From: Rhynchocyon petersi
Lineage: Eukaryota
Length of the DNA: 64,000 bases
Reading direction: 5' to 3'
NCBI GenBank assembly: GCA_043290085.1
Contig: CM091797.1
Location: 22,302,880-22,366,879, forward strand
The stretch's first letter is position 1, and each line of letters opens with the position of its first letter. Below are positions 12,633-23,983 of the stretch, piece by piece. Both the position numbers and the translations under genes were made by a program. The notes beneath the pieces were generated by a model. The model did no database searches and was not told the DNA's origin. It saw only the letters and a program-made list of their open reading frames with translations.

Positions 12633-12770
12633 CGCACCGACTGCAAAGCTGTAATTAGCACTGTGGAAGATAGCTCCTTGGACAGCAATGGATTCTCTCT
12701 TCGTGTTGGTTTGTCTGATGCCTATCTCCCAAGGATGTGGGTTGAAAAGCATCCTGAGAAACAAAGCGAG
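12633..12770 (+). CDS. VWA5B-like exon (RTDCKAVISTVEDSSLDSNGFSLRVGLSDAYLPRMWVEKHPEKQSE)
   Basis: The acceptor is tttgtttcacag| and the donor is gag|gtatgc. It is 138 nt in phase 0. It is colinear with the VWA5A linker between the VIT and VWA domains (SAQVSLAAGHKFDRDVELLIYYNEVHTPSVVLEMGMP...). Confidence 0.65.
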
Positions 12771-13486
12771 GTATGCTGAGTCTTACTTAGAAACAAGTCT
12801 TAATAAAAAAAAAAAAAATCATAGAATAAATTGGTTATTCAAGTTTGCAAATAATTGATGTGGACTAATAATGACCACAAGCACAACAGAAGGAAGAAGG
12901 TGCTTGCTTGATCCTGCACCATCCTTAGACCTCTGCTCTGTGTAAGCCATTGCTGCCCCTGTGTCCGTCCATGTCGCTGAGCATCCTCCTCTCCCTCCCT
13001 GTCTACCATCAGACTACCTGAGCCCACGCTGCGTGTGCAGACCGCTGTGTTAATCTCTGATCTCAGGGCTTATAGCCAGCATATTATACGTTTTGCTCTA
13101 CTCTCAAACTACATTAGTCCTTTTACGTAAGCTTTTTAGTCAATCATTTTGTTACTGAATCAATTTCGCTCTTTTTGTTTTCATAAGAGCATTAGAAAAT
13201 TTCAGAATGTTACATAGATCTTTTCCAATAAAAGAGTGCTTAGAATTCTGCAGATCCTTATATGCTTAGAGAATGTTATTTTTAGATAAATTCTATATTT
13301 TCATCTTTATTTTACATAATTACATGTGTATAAATCATTATATAAAGTGTATCAAGTGTTGTAGGGTATTGCATAATCCATTTTTTTCTTGCCAGTTATT
13401 TTCACTGCTAAGTGACTAATGCCTAGCAGGATTTGAAACCCAGTCAACAGCGCTGGCACAGCCCCCCATCACCAGTTTTTAGTAGC

Positions 13487-13663
13487 CTGGAGAAGGAGAG
13501 GCAGGCCATCGACTAGATGGACAGACACGGCCACTGCAGTGATGGGTGTGAGCGTTTCGGAGATGGTGAGGATGGCACAGGACAGGGTGCATTTCAGGTC
13601 TGCCGTTCATAGGGTTGCTATGAGTCGTCCTCAACTCGACGGCACATAACACCAACAACAACT
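13487..13663 (+). mobile_element. RTE 3'-terminal fragment
   Basis: The antisense of the minus ORF 13479-13661 reads ...RQAIDxMDRHGHCSDGCERFGDGEDGTGQGAFQVCRS*GCYESSSTRRHITP.. with the tail ggcacataacaccaacaac. Confidence 0.6.
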
Positions 13664-13719
13664 CTTTTTGTCTGTTACTCTATTTCAATTACTTGACTTT
13701 AGTGTATGCCCTCTGTTCA

Positions 13720-13960
13720 CCTCACATGCTCTGGGCACGTTGTCAGGAGGGGCCAGTCTTTGGAAGAAGACATCAGGCTGGGAAAACAGAGCATCTGTGA
13801 AAGAGAAGACCCTCAACCAGACCAATTAACACAATGGCCACTCAGATTGGCTCAACTATGTTGGAGATATGACGCAGGTTAGGGCAAGATTCACTTCTGT
13901 TTTTCATGTGGTCACAATGAGTCAGAATCAACTGAATGGCACCTAACAGCAACAATTAGT
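13720..13960 (+). mobile_element. RTE 3'-terminal fragment (degenerate)
   Basis: ctctgggcacgttgtcaggaggggccagtctttggaagaagacatc...gaatggcacctaacagcaacaa. Confidence 0.5.
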
Positions 13961-14027
13961 GGTGATAACAGGCAGAACACTTTAAGTCCTAAGAAGCATC
14001 AGTAATGGACTTTTCCCCTCCTTGTAG

Positions 14028-14223
14028 GCGTGCATGCTTGTCTTTCAACCAGATTTCAAGCTCACTGTCCCCGAAGCCGCCGAGAAGAGTGAACTGATTA
14101 TCTGCCTTGATTGTTCCAACTCTATGAGTGGTGAGGCATTCTCTCAAGCCAAGAAGATTGCCTTATATGCGCTGACCCTGGTGGCTAAGGAGCAAAAAAT
14201 AAATATTGTCAAGTTCGGCACAG
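14028..14223 (+). CDS. VWA5B-like exon, start of VWA domain (ACMLVFQPDFKLTVPEAAEKSELIICLDCSNSMSGEAFSQAKKIALYALTLVAKEQKINIVKFGT)
   Basis: The acceptor is cttgtag| and the donor is aca g|gtaagg. The motif LDCSNSMSG corresponds to the VWA MIDAS DxSxSM of VWA5A (FLMDRSGSM). It ends in phase 1. Confidence 0.75.
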
Positions 14224-14535
14224 GTAAGGATTCTTTGGCTCTATGACAAAGTGAGCATCCTCTTTCTATCAGCACACTCTTGGGAAGAGCTGAAACTGTG
14301 AACTTGAACTTATTTGTAAGTGTGAGAGGGGGCATAAGGTTAAAGATCTCTGGAGCCAAATGGTCTGGTTTCAACTGCCAGCAGTACCACTTACTCATGG
14401 AATCACCATGTCTCGGAATCGACTCGATGACAACAACAAAAGCACCACCCACTTGTGGCTGCATGTACCACCTTATTCCAGTAACTTAAACTGCTGAAGT
14501 GTCCGTTTTCTCATCTGAAAATGAAGTTTGGTGGG

Positions 14536-14696
14536 GTACCGTCGAGTCGTGAACGACTCAGAGTGACCCTCCCGAGAGTTTCCGGAGGCAGTATCTCACA
14601 CGGAAGTAGAAACCACTCTTTCCCCCGCGGAGCAGCTGGCAGGTTTGAACGATGTGCCTTTGGGCTTGCAGCGCAGCTCTTTCACCACTAGGCCAT
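14536..14696 (-). mobile_element. AfroSINE-type SINE (reverse orientation)
   Basis: gtaccgtcgagtcgtgaacgactcagagtgaccctcccgagagtttccggaggcagtatctcacacggaagtagaaacc...ccactaggccat. Confidence 0.75.
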
Positions 14697-15165
14697 TGTT
14701 GTTTGTTGTTGTTATGTGCCGTCGAGTCGAAGACGACTCATAGCGACCCCATGAACAGCAGACCTGAATTGCGCCCTATCCTGAGCCATCCTCACCATCT
14801 TCGACACACGCACGCCCGTCACTGCAGCAACCGTATCGATCCATCTAGTCGAGGGTCTACCCCTTCCTCTCCCACCCTCCACCTTTCCAAACATGATGTC
14901 CCTCTCCAGGGACCGGTCTCTCCTGGCAACATGTCCGAAATACGTGAGGCGGAGCTTCACCACCCTTGCCTCCAGGGAGCACTCCGGCTGGATCCTCTCC
15001 AGAACATACTTATTCGTTTTCTTGGCCATCCATGGGACATTGAGAACTCTTCTCCAACACCACAGCTCAAAGGCATCAATTCTTCGTCTGTCGTCCTTAG
15101 TCATTGTCCAACTCTCAGATGCATGGGTAGCGATTGAGAATACCATAGTTTGGATCAGACGCATG
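14697..15165 (-). mobile_element. RTE 3' fragment (minus), the inverted partner of the RTE at 16228-17600
   Basis: The minus ORF 14712-15164 reads MRLIQTMVFSIATHASESWTMTKDDRRRIDAFELWCWRRVLNVPWMAKKTNKYVLERIQPECSLEARVVKLRLTYFGHVARRDRSLERDIMFGKVEGGRGRGRPSTRWIDTVAAVTG...AVHGVAMSRLRLDGT. It is about 94 percent identical at the nucleotide level to the reverse complement of 17130-17590. Confidence 0.8.
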
Positions 15166-15759
15166 TCACAATTTCCTCTGTGTGCTGCTGTGAGTAATAA
15201 GTTATATAAAGTGCATAAAGGAGTGTGTATTGCATGGTAAGTTCTATAAAAATATCATAGTAGTATTATTGACTGCCCCAAACCCAAACTCTAGCAAGAA
15301 TAAGAGTCCTGAGGAACAGAGCAGGATATTTGAAGTCATCGTGGTCTGTGCGTATCTGTAAGGAACTGCCAGGAACCATCAGATAAACGCTATCAGAAGA
15401 AAAGCAAGTCATCCTCCCAGAAAACTCAGCTCCCAGGAGGCACCTCTCTTTAGGGATCGGGGAAGGAAGGTAGTGTGGAGTGAGGATGGGCACCAGTGAG
15501 TCTTATGTTCTGTACGCTCCAGCTGCAGCCCTCTCCCACCTTACAGCTAAGCGGGGTCTGCTGCTGTGGAGGGACGAGCAAGGTGTACTCAAAGAACGCA
15601 CATGCAGAGTGGACTTTTGTCCTGTGGCTAAGCTGCCCAGGCAATTTTGGAGCCCCTGCACTGAAAGTGTTTGTGAGTTTACACATTTAATTTGACACAT
15701 AACATTTTTAAGAGTAAAATGCATTATTTTGGACATACTAGAGTTTTGGGATATTAGAC

Positions 15760-15940
15760 TAGCTCTTGTAGCCTTGTGGAAAGGAACTGCACTGTCAATC
15801 CAAAAGTATGCAGCTTGAATCCATCAGCTGCTAAGTGGGAGAAATAGGGCAGTATCCTCCGTGTGATTTACTGCCTCTGAAAACCTGACAAAGGGTCAGT
15901 GGTGAATCAATTCCAACTTGACAGTACACGGCAACAGAAT
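15760..15940 (+). mobile_element. AfroSINE-type SINE
   Basis: gccttgtggaaaggaactgcactgtcaatccaaaagtatgcagcttgaatccatcagctgct...gggtcagtggtgaatc. Confidence 0.6.
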
Positions 15941-15977
15941 AGATTACTTGTACAGGAAGAGATTAGAATATGCTAAA

Positions 15978-16140
15978 TGGAGCTCTGATGACTTACTAGT
16001 AAGGAGTTATACTGCCAGCCCAACGGCAGGTGGTTTGAACCTACCACCTGCTCTGAGGGAGAAAGATAGACATTCTCCCCCTGAATGAGTTATAATCTCT
16101 GAAAACCTGCTGGCAGGTCAGCACCAATTCAAAGGTAATG
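15978..16140 (+). mobile_element. AfroSINE-type SINE
   Basis: ggagctctgatgacttactagtaaggagttatactgccagcccaacggcaggtggtttgaacctaccacctgct...ggcaggtcagcacc. Confidence 0.6.
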
Positions 16141-16227
16141 AGTTAGTCAGTGAGAATACACTATTATTTAAAAGATTACTATTTTTAAATGATCAAACAT
16201 AATCTTCTTAAAAGTAAGGTGTTTTTG

Positions 16228-17600
16228 TTCTCTAGTGCCAACTGACTGGAAAAGATCCATATTTGTCCTGATTCCTAAAAAAGGGGATCCCAAAGAATGC
16301 GGAAATTACCAAACAATATCACTGATATCGCATGCAAGTAAAATTCTGTTGAGGGTCATCCGAAAGCGATTGGATCAGCACATTGAGAGGGAATTGCCAG
16401 AGTGTCAGGCTGGTTTTAGAAGGGGCCAGGGTACCAGGGACATCATCGCAGATGTTAGATGGATCCTGGCTCAGAGTAAGGAGTACCAGAAGAATGTGTA
16501 CCTCTGCTTCATTGACTATGCAAAGGCATTTGACTGTGTGGACCACAACAAACTATGGCTCATGTTGAGGAAAATGGGAATTCCAGAACACTTGATCGTG
16601 CTCATGCACAATCTGTATCTAGATCAAGAAGCTGTGGTAAGAACAGAGCACGGGAACACTGCATGGTTCAAGGTCAGGAAAGGTGTGCGCCAGGGTTGCA
16701 TCCTGTCCCCATACCTATTCAACCTGTATGCGGAGCAGATTATCCGGGAAGCGGGACTCTATGAGGAGGAGCGTAGCATTGGGATTGGAGGAAGATGCAT
16801 CAACAACTTGCGATACGCAGATGACACAACCCTGCTTGCTGAAAGTGAGGAAGACTTGAAGGCTCTGCTGCATAGAATTAAGGAGTGCAGTCTGCAATAT
16901 GGATTGAAGCTGAATCTCAGGAAAACCAAGATCCTTGCTACTGGGCCAATAGGGGATGTCATAGTGGATGAAGAGAGGATTGAAAATGTCAGGGATTTCA
17001 TATTGCTTGGATCCACAGTCAACACCCTTGGCACTAGCAGCCAAGAGGTCAGGAGATGTATCACATTAGCAAAGGCTGCAGTTAGAGACCTCGCCAAGGT
17101 CCTGAGGAGTAAGGACATCAGCTTGAAGACAAAGGTGCATCTGATCCAAACTATGGTCTTCTCAATCGCTACCCATGCATCTGAGAGTTGGACAATGACT
17201 AAGGATGACAGAAGAAGGATTGATGCCTTTGAGCTGTGGTGGTGGAGAAGAGTTCTCAATATCCCTTGGATGGCCAAGAAAAGGAACAAGTATGTTCTGG
17301 AGAGGATCCAGCCGGAGTGTTCCCTGGAGGCAAGGGTGGTGAAGCTCCGCCTCACGTATTTTGGACATGTTGCCAGGAGGGACCGGTCCCTGGAGAGGGA
17401 CGTCATGTTTGGAAAGGTGGAGGGTAGGAGAGGAAGGGGTAGGCCCTCGACTAGATGGATAGATACGGTTGCTGCAGTGATGGGTGTGGATGTGTCGGAG
17501 ATGGTGAGGATGGCTCAGGATAGGGCGCATTTCAGGTCTGCTGTTCATAGGGTCGCTATGAGTCGTCTTCGACTCGACGGCACATAACAACAACAACAGT
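16228..17600 (+). mobile_element. RTE/BovB-type LINE, 5'-truncated copy with an intact 450-aa RT-domain ORF (16235-17587)
   Basis: It is an uninterrupted ORF containing the RT motifs FIDYAKAFDCVDHNKLW, QGCILSPYLFNLYAEQI and YADDTTLLAES, plus the conserved C-terminus LRLTYFGHVARRDRSLERDVMFGKVEGRRGRGRPSTRWIDTV...FRSAVHRVAMSRLRLDGT. The tail is cacataacaacaacaac. The intact frame implies a young insertion. Confidence 0.9.
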
Positions 17601-17898
17601 GCTGCTATAACAGAAATAACACAAGGCGACTTTAACACAGAGGAATTGATTCTCTTATGTTTGGGAGGCTGGAAGTCCAAACTCGAGGTAACAGCTCTAA
17701 GGAAAGGCTTATTCTCTGTCAGTTCTGGAGGAGAGTTCCTGTTTCCTTCAGTGGCTGCAGTCCTGGAATTCCTTGGAGATCTCTGTATGTCTTGGCTTTT
17801 CCAAGTATCAAGGAACTTCCTCACACAGGGCCCTGAGTGCAAAAACAACAAACTCCACTCCTGTCAGGGAGCTCCAGTGGCTTAATGCAAAGGGGGAG

Positions 17899-18067
17899 GT
17901 ACTGTCTAGTCGTGACTGACTCATAGTGATCCTCCCGAGGGTTTCCAGAGGCAGTATCTCGCACGGGAGTTGAAGCCACTCTTTCTCCCGGGGAGCGGCT
18001 GGCAGATTTGAACCAAGTGCCTTTAGGTTGGCAGTGCAGCTCCTTTACCACTAGGTCACACCAGCTG
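17899..18067 (-). mobile_element. AfroSINE-type SINE (reverse orientation)
   Basis: gtactgtctagtcgtgactgactcatagtgatcctcccgagggtttccagaggcagtatctcgcacgggagttgaagccactctttctcccggggagcggctggcagatttgaacc...ccactaggtcacaccagctg. Confidence 0.75.
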
Positions 18068-18497
18068 TGTGCTAACCCAGAAGGCACCCTCTCGGGGGCT
18101 CTGAATCCACCAGTACAACTGCATAGGAGAAGGATGCACAGTCTCCTCCTGCGTGGTTTATACCCTTGGGAACCCACTGGATGGTCAGCTGGTTGGTCTC
18201 CACTGAACGGCAATGATAGAGAGACTAGTCCTGGTGAAGGCTCTCCTTTTGGCTCACATCCTTCCTCTTTCAGATCTAATGAAGATAGAGAATCGAGAGA
18301 AAAGCCTAGGGAAATTCCCCCTATACTCTGTTAGGGCTGTGATGGGAATAAGGGGTGTTGCGTTCCACTCTTAATCATTTTACAGCTATTTGGTTTCTCG
18401 GTTTCTGGAGGATTATTACATTCCTCCACATTCTGTCACTCAGACTAAGACTCAGGATCTGTTATGAAACTGGCAGAGACTCATGGCTGATCCTGCC

Positions 18498-18498
<1 letters not shown>

Positions 18499-18537
<39 letters not shown>
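18499..18537. repeat. (GT)n microsatellite, about 19 units
   Basis: It is a perfect gtgtgt... run. Confidence 0.95.
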
Positions 18538-18538
<1 letters not shown>

Positions 18539-19035
18539 TTTCTTGGGCTGTAAATCACACAGGAAGAGATTAGCCGTCCTTCATCACCCCAAGGGCCACT
18601 GGTGGATTTGAACCCCAACTTCCTATGGACTACCACCAAAACTCCCATTCTATCATTCAAAAGCCCACAGACTCAAAATCATTACCATTGAGTTGGAAGT
18701 GATTCATAGCTGGCCGTCCGGTGGGCTTTCAGGGACAGGAAATTACAGGGAGAAGATTGCTCATCTTTCTCCCGAGGAGCAGCTGGTAGATTTGAGCCAG
18801 TAGAGAGGTTCTAACCTTTGGGTTAGCAGTACAACCCCCTATGGACTGTGCCACCAGATTCTCTCATTATGTATTTGAGGTGGGAGGGAGAAACAACTCA
18901 ATCCAGGACAAATATGCACATAAATGTGTAGTGTCTTTACGGTAGCAGTGGTAGTATAAAGTACCATTATTGTTTGCTAATTCTCAATAAAGTGAATGTA
19001 TAATGGTAATACGTTATGCCAATCTTATTATGCAG

Positions 19036-19103
19036 GTTACAAGGAATTATTTTCATACCCTAAGTGTGTCACAAGCAATGATATTCCAGCAGAGTTCATT
19101 ATG
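19036..19103 (+). CDS. VWA5B-like exon (G YKELFSYPKCVTSNDIPAEFIM)
   Basis: The acceptor is ttattatgcag| and the donor is atg|gtgagt. It takes 1 nt from the previous exon. The peptide aligns to VWA5A GSSYEACFPESVKYTQQTMEEA. Confidence 0.65.
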
Positions 19104-19467
19104 GTGAGTGACAGGCCTTCCTTGGTCTCCTTAATGTTCCTCTCTTGAGTTTTAGAAGTACTGTTGAGGATCTACTCTCCCTGGAACCACCATCAGAAAT
19201 ATCCTTGTTCTTCAGTTTTTATGTGTTGGCAGACACTTTAGTATCTTTAGTAAAAGTGATATGTACTCATTTTAAAAATATTAGATATTTTAAGAATAAA
19301 CAGGTACAAAATGTTAATAGTATTGCTGCTGTGTGAGTTGAAGGAAATGAAAAGGATGTTAGAGTAGTTGTTCTGAACGTGCAAATTGATGTGCTTCAGG
19401 AAAGGATGATGGTTAATGGTAACTATTCCAAGGACTAGTTAATACTCTCTTGCTTCATTTCCTCCAG

Positions 19468-19655
19468 GCTGCCACGGCTACCATGGGAAATACAGACTTC
19501 TGGAAAACTCTCCGATACTTAAATTTGCTGTACCCTTCTCAAGGACTTCGGAACATCCTCCTCATTTCTGATGGCCACATTCAGAATGAAAGCCTGACAT
19601 TCCAGCTCGTGAAGAGAAATGCCCAGCACACCAGGTTGTTCACCTGCGGCACTGG
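19468..19655 (+). CDS. VWA5B-like exon, VWA core (AATATMGNTDFWKTLRYLNLLYPSQGLRNILLISDGHIQNESLTFQLVKRNAQHTRLFTCGT + 2 nt)
   Basis: The acceptor is tttcctccag| and the donor is gg|gtgagt. The peptide aligns to VWA5A ADLGGTEILAPLQNIYRGPSIPGHPLQLFVFTDGEVTDTFSVIKEVRINRQKHRCFSFGIGEG. Confidence 0.75.
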
Positions 19656-19829
19656 GTGAGTAGCGTGTATGGGGCTTTGTGGTGGGTTTGGACTGGTTTC
19701 TGAGCTGTGCAGTTGGTCCTCACCTAGAGAAGCTTTGCAGGATAAAGGTGAAGAGCAGAGCGTTCAGCTTTCTCAACCTTTGCTGGCCACGTGTTAGCTG
19801 TGACCTTGGACACATTGTCTAACTTCTCA

Positions 19830-19998
19830 CCTAGTGGTAAAGGAGCTGTGCTGCTGACCCAAAGGCACACAGTTCTAATTCACCAGCTGCTCCTCGGGAG
19901 AAAGAGTGGCTCCCACTCCCGTGTGAGATACTGCCTCCGGAAACCCTCAGGAGGGTCACAATGAGTTGTTCATGACTCAATGGTACGCCACCACCACT
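19830..19998 (+). mobile_element. AfroSINE-type SINE (first copy of a tandem pair)
   Basis: cctagtggtaaaggagctgtgctgctgacccaaaggcacacagttctaattcaccagctgctcc...gggtcacaatgagttgttcatgactcaatggtacgccaccaccac. Confidence 0.75.
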
Positions 19999-20012
19999 TC
20001 AAGGAGAAGCAC

Positions 20013-20190
20013 TGGTGGCCTAGTTATAAGGAGTTGCACTGCCAACCCAAAGGCACGTGGTTCAAATCCACCAGCTGATCTTTGGGAGAAAGAGTGGCGT
20101 TAACTCCCTGCAATTAACTGCCTCTGACAACCTGCCAGAGGGTCAGCTGTGAGTCAGTCATGACTCGATGGTACCCAACAACAACAACTT
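20013..20190 (+). mobile_element. AfroSINE-type SINE (second copy of a tandem pair)
   Basis: agcactggtggcctagttataaggagttgcactgccaacccaaaggcacgtggttcaaatccaccagctgat...gggtcagctgtgagtcagtcatgactcgatggtacccaacaacaacaac. Confidence 0.75.
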
Positions 20191-20460
20191 CATGGAGTGA
20201 AAATTAAATCTACTTCTTTATGGAAACCATTTAGAACTGCACCAAGTAAATGTTACTTATTGCTCTTGAGTTGAGTGACCAATTCATGGTGACCTGCCAT
20301 TGGGTGGCTGAGGCTGTAAAATTTTATGTGAGGAGACTTCCCATCTTTTCCCCAAATGTGACTGGCAATTTAAAACACTGACATTTTAATTAGCCCAACA
20401 CGTTACCCAATATGCTGTAGAGCATCTTATTATTTTGTATAAAAACCTGATTTTCAAGTT

Positions 20461-20740
20461 TTGGAGGCAAGGATAGTGAAGCTTCATCTCACATATTTTG
20501 GACTTGTTGTTAGGGAGAGACCAGTCTCTGGAAAGGGACATCATGCTTGGAAAGGTGGAGGGCCAGAGAGGGAGAGGCAGACCCTGAACTAGCTGGATGG
20601 ACACGGTGACTGCAGTGATGGGCTCGAGTGTTTGGGGGATGTTGAACATGGTGCAGGGTAGGGTGGGTTTCAGATCTGCTGTTCATAGGGTCACTATGTG
20701 TCGTCCTGGAGGGGATGGCACATAACAGCAACAATTTAGG
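20461..20740 (+). mobile_element. RTE 3'-terminal fragment
   Basis: ttggaggcaaggatagtgaagcttcatctcacatattttggac...gggtcactatgtgtcgtcc...ggcacataacagcaacaa. Confidence 0.7.
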
Positions 20741-21994
20741 AACTCTGGTGGTCAGGGGGCACGTCCCCGCGGAGCTGTGTTTGACCAGAGATGAGTGGCT
20801 CCTGCTGCTGCTCCGGGTGGGGAGGGCAGGGGCTGGCTAGTTTCACGGTGTCACCTCCCCAGTTTGGTTTACTCACTCACGTTGCCTTTCTGGCTGATGT
20901 GAGCACTTGAACTTTATAAACTATCAATCCACTGCTGTCCAGCTGATTCTGACTCATGGTGACCATCATTGGCCTTTTGAGGCTAGAGGCCTCCACATGC
21001 CTTAGCCTTGGTGTGGAGGAGCTTCCTCATGTGCTTAGTCCAGAAGGATGCGCTCCACACTTGGAAATTTTTCCTTGTTATTTATAAGCTCAGAAACCCA
21101 AAAGAGGGTCAACTAAGAGTGGGTTCTGACTCAAGGGCATTGAGAAAGAGATGCAATGGTCTCTGATGAGTAAACCCACCCGACTTGGGTCCATTCTGAC
21201 TCACAGTGACCCAGGAGGACAGGATAGAACCACCCTATAGGGTTTCTGAGGGTGTAATCCCTATAGAAGCAGCTTTGCCTCTTTGTTCTTTCACAGAATC
21301 AAAGGTTCAAATCACTGACCTTCCAGTTACTCCACACTGCACTACTTACTAAATGGTGTCTCTGAACCAAGACATCCGAACCACACTCACTAGCATGACT
21401 TGGGACACTCCAGAGGGGTGTCAGCAGACCTGTCCTGTGGCAGCAAGGAGTCTGTGGAGGGGCTCAGGTGGCCACACACCAGGAAGGTTTGCCCGAACTT
21501 CTGCTCAGGACTGGGGAGGCCAGTGGAAGGAGAGGATCATCGCTTTCTGCTGTGCAAGCACTAGCTAATCCTGACAGAGCTCCGTTGCTAGACATTTCTG
21601 CACGAGTCCCTTTTGGATTTGTGAGCTTGGATTTCCGAGTAAATCACATGGGAGCAGACTGTCCATCTTTCTCCCTCAGAGCTGCTGGTGCTTAGGAACC
21701 ACCACAGAGGCTCTGCCTTGAGGTTAGCAGCACAACTCCTACCAAAGGACGCCGCCTGGAGGATTTTCTCATCAGCGTCATAATCTCTGTCAGTTCATTG
21801 TGAGGACAAATAACAAAAATCTTCCCATGAGCTGAAAACCAAAAAATTCTTAAAAAGAAGTTTCATACTTTTCTGAAAAATAACTCATCATTCCTGCAGC
21901 ATTTCAGCACGAAATGTCTAAGGAGGGCATTCGTGATTATTCCGAGATGCTTGTCTCTTAAATGTTAATGATTTTCTTCGCTAGAGTGAGAGTT

Positions 21995-22548
21995 ACTTAT
22001 TTTTTTTTAATTAAATAATACTTTAACCATTGGTCAGTGCATCTTAGACCAATCAGGATCCCCTTACATATGATCCCAGCCCTCTCTGGCTCCCCCCACA
22101 CACACTCCTCTCCCCTCCCCATATAAGGTGAAGGCATGCCTGCTTCTTTGGTGTGTATCCATTTGTTTCCATATTTATCTTCCCTTCTCTCTATCCACCT
22201 CAATAGTCATTGTCCATTCTATTCCTACTGTCCCCGACCCAGCTTGTCCCTTGGCTTATTTCCCGTCCTGTGTCTTGTTTCCCACCCCATATCTTATTTT
22301 CACAATAAGTGGTCTGATACAATATTTATCCTTGTGCGTCTGAGTCATTTTACTCAGCATAATGTCCTCCAGCTTCTCCCATACTGGGTAATGTTTGTTG
22401 AATACTTCGTTGTTCCTCACTGCTGCATAGTATTCCATTGTGTGGATGTACCACAGTTTCTCTATCCATTCATTTGTTGAGAGGCATTTGAGCTGCTTCC
22501 ATCTTCTTGCTATAGTGAATAGAGCTGCAGTAAACATGGGGGTGCATG
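21995..22548 (-). mobile_element. L1 3' end (ORF2 C-terminus plus 3'UTR)
   Basis: The minus ORF 22256-22537 reads MFTAALFTIARRWKQLKCLSTNEWIEKLWYIHTMEYYAAVRNNEVFNKHYPVWEKLEDIMLSKMTQTHKDKYCIRPLI. This is the canonical L1 ORF2 tail. Confidence 0.85.
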
Positions 22549-22704
22549 TGTGTTAAGTGAGAGTTACTTTTTGTAAAAGTGTATTTTGGTTGGGATGAAA
22601 ATTTATAGAGCAAATATATTTTTGATTCCACAATTCCTACATATTTTGTTTCTTAGAGTTGTTATTGTTTTAATAGCATGTACCATTTAAGGTTTGTTCT
22701 TTTG

Positions 22705-23040
22705 GCCATCCACGGGATATTGAACAAACAAATATCTCCTGGAAAGAGTTCAACCAGAGTGCTCTTAGGAGGCAAGGATGGTGAAGCTTCGTCTCACTTA
22801 TTTTGGTCATGTTGTTAGGAGAGGCCAGTCCCTGGAGAGGAACATAATGCTTGGAAAGGTGGAGGGTCAGAAAAAGAGAGGCAGATCCTCTACTAGATGG
22901 ATAGACTCAGTGACTGCAGCGATGGGCTCGAGAGTGTCAGGAATGATGAGGATGGTGCAGAATAGGGCAGGTTTCAGATCTGCTGTTCATAGGGTCGCTA
23001 TGAGTCGTCCTCAACTCAACAGCACATAAAAACAACAAAC
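22705..23040 (+). mobile_element. RTE 3'-terminal fragment
   Basis: The ORF 22778-23029 reads MVKLRLTYFGHVVRRGQSLERNIMLGKVEGQKKRGRSSTRWIDSVTAAMGSRVSGMMRMVQNRAGFRSAVHRVAMSRPQLNST. Confidence 0.8.
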
Positions 23041-23247
23041 TGTTTAAGGAGCCCTGGTGGTGGAGATGAGTTATGCTGCTAGCCAAAAGGCCCCCCAACT
23101 CTGGTAGTTCACGGCCATCAGTAGTTCTGTGGGGAAAGATGGGCAACCTCCTCCCATTAAGATTATAGCCTTGGAATCTCAATAGTGGGTCTCTCTGAAT
23201 CGGAACTGATGCATGAGCAGTGAGGTCGAGTTTTTAACATGTACTAT

Positions 23248-23409
23248 GGCCTAGTGGTAAAGGAGCTGCGCTGCCAACCCAAAGGTACACAGTTCAAATT
23301 CGCCAGCTGATTCGCAGGAGAAAGAGTGGCCTCAACTCCTGTGCGAGATACTGCCTCCGGAAACCCTCGGGAGGTTCACTATGAGTCGGTCATGACTCGG
23401 CGGTACCCC
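23248..23409 (+). mobile_element. AfroSINE-type SINE followed by (CAT)n
   Basis: ggcctagtggtaaaggagctgcgctgccaacccaaaggtacacagttcaaattcgccagctgattcgcaggagaaagagtggcctcaactcctgtgcgagatactgcctccggaaaccctcgggaggttcactatgagtcggtcatgactcggcggtacccc. Confidence 0.8.
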
Positions 23410-23415
23410 ATCATC

Positions 23416-23446
<31 letters not shown>

Positions 23447-23447
23447 C
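23410..23447. repeat. (CAT)n microsatellite, about 12 units
   Basis: atcatcttcatcatcatcatcatcatcatcatcatcac forms the 3' tail of the preceding SINE. Confidence 0.9.
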
Positions 23448-23983
23448 ATGAGATGCATCAAAACTTAAGACACAGAGTCTATAACATATTTGCCAGTTCT
23501 TGGCCTGTGAGATGAGGTTTCAGTCACTTCATCAGAGTAACACTAATCCTCCAGAATTCAAGGGTTTGCTTTTTCTTTATTTCTACTGTCCAAGATAAAG
23601 AAATCCTCTTATGTGTGGGAACTGAAATCGCTCAATCCCTCAGGTATATCACACTGTCTGCTACAAGTTTTCTCTCTCCAGCCTCAGATGCAGAAAAGTA
23701 AATTCTTCCTGCAATGCTCTATTCAGCTTTGCACTGCATGACCGTTATTAGCATGTGCTTTAAATAAACGTTCCCTACAACTTCTTAAAACTAAAACATG
23801 TGGCATGTGATTAGTTCCACAGCAAATCATCATACCTTAAGGACTTTGGCGCAGCGTGGTGCTGGAGTGTTTGAATATTTTAACTCAAAATCCAAACATA
23901 GCTGGAAAACACAGGTATGTTGTTCCATATCTTCTGTGCGCTCTTCTGGTTGGTTATGTATGGAAATATTCTCCCGTGTCTAG

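Noticed and set aside
17162-17851. The 229-aa minus-strand ORF, and similar minus ORFs such as 14652-15137(+) and 20510-20734, containing THSDPMNSRPE..HLSKHDVPLQGPV
   Set aside because: These are antisense readings of RTE 3' regions. The same peptide pattern recurs wherever an RTE tail is present in the opposite orientation. They are not host genes.
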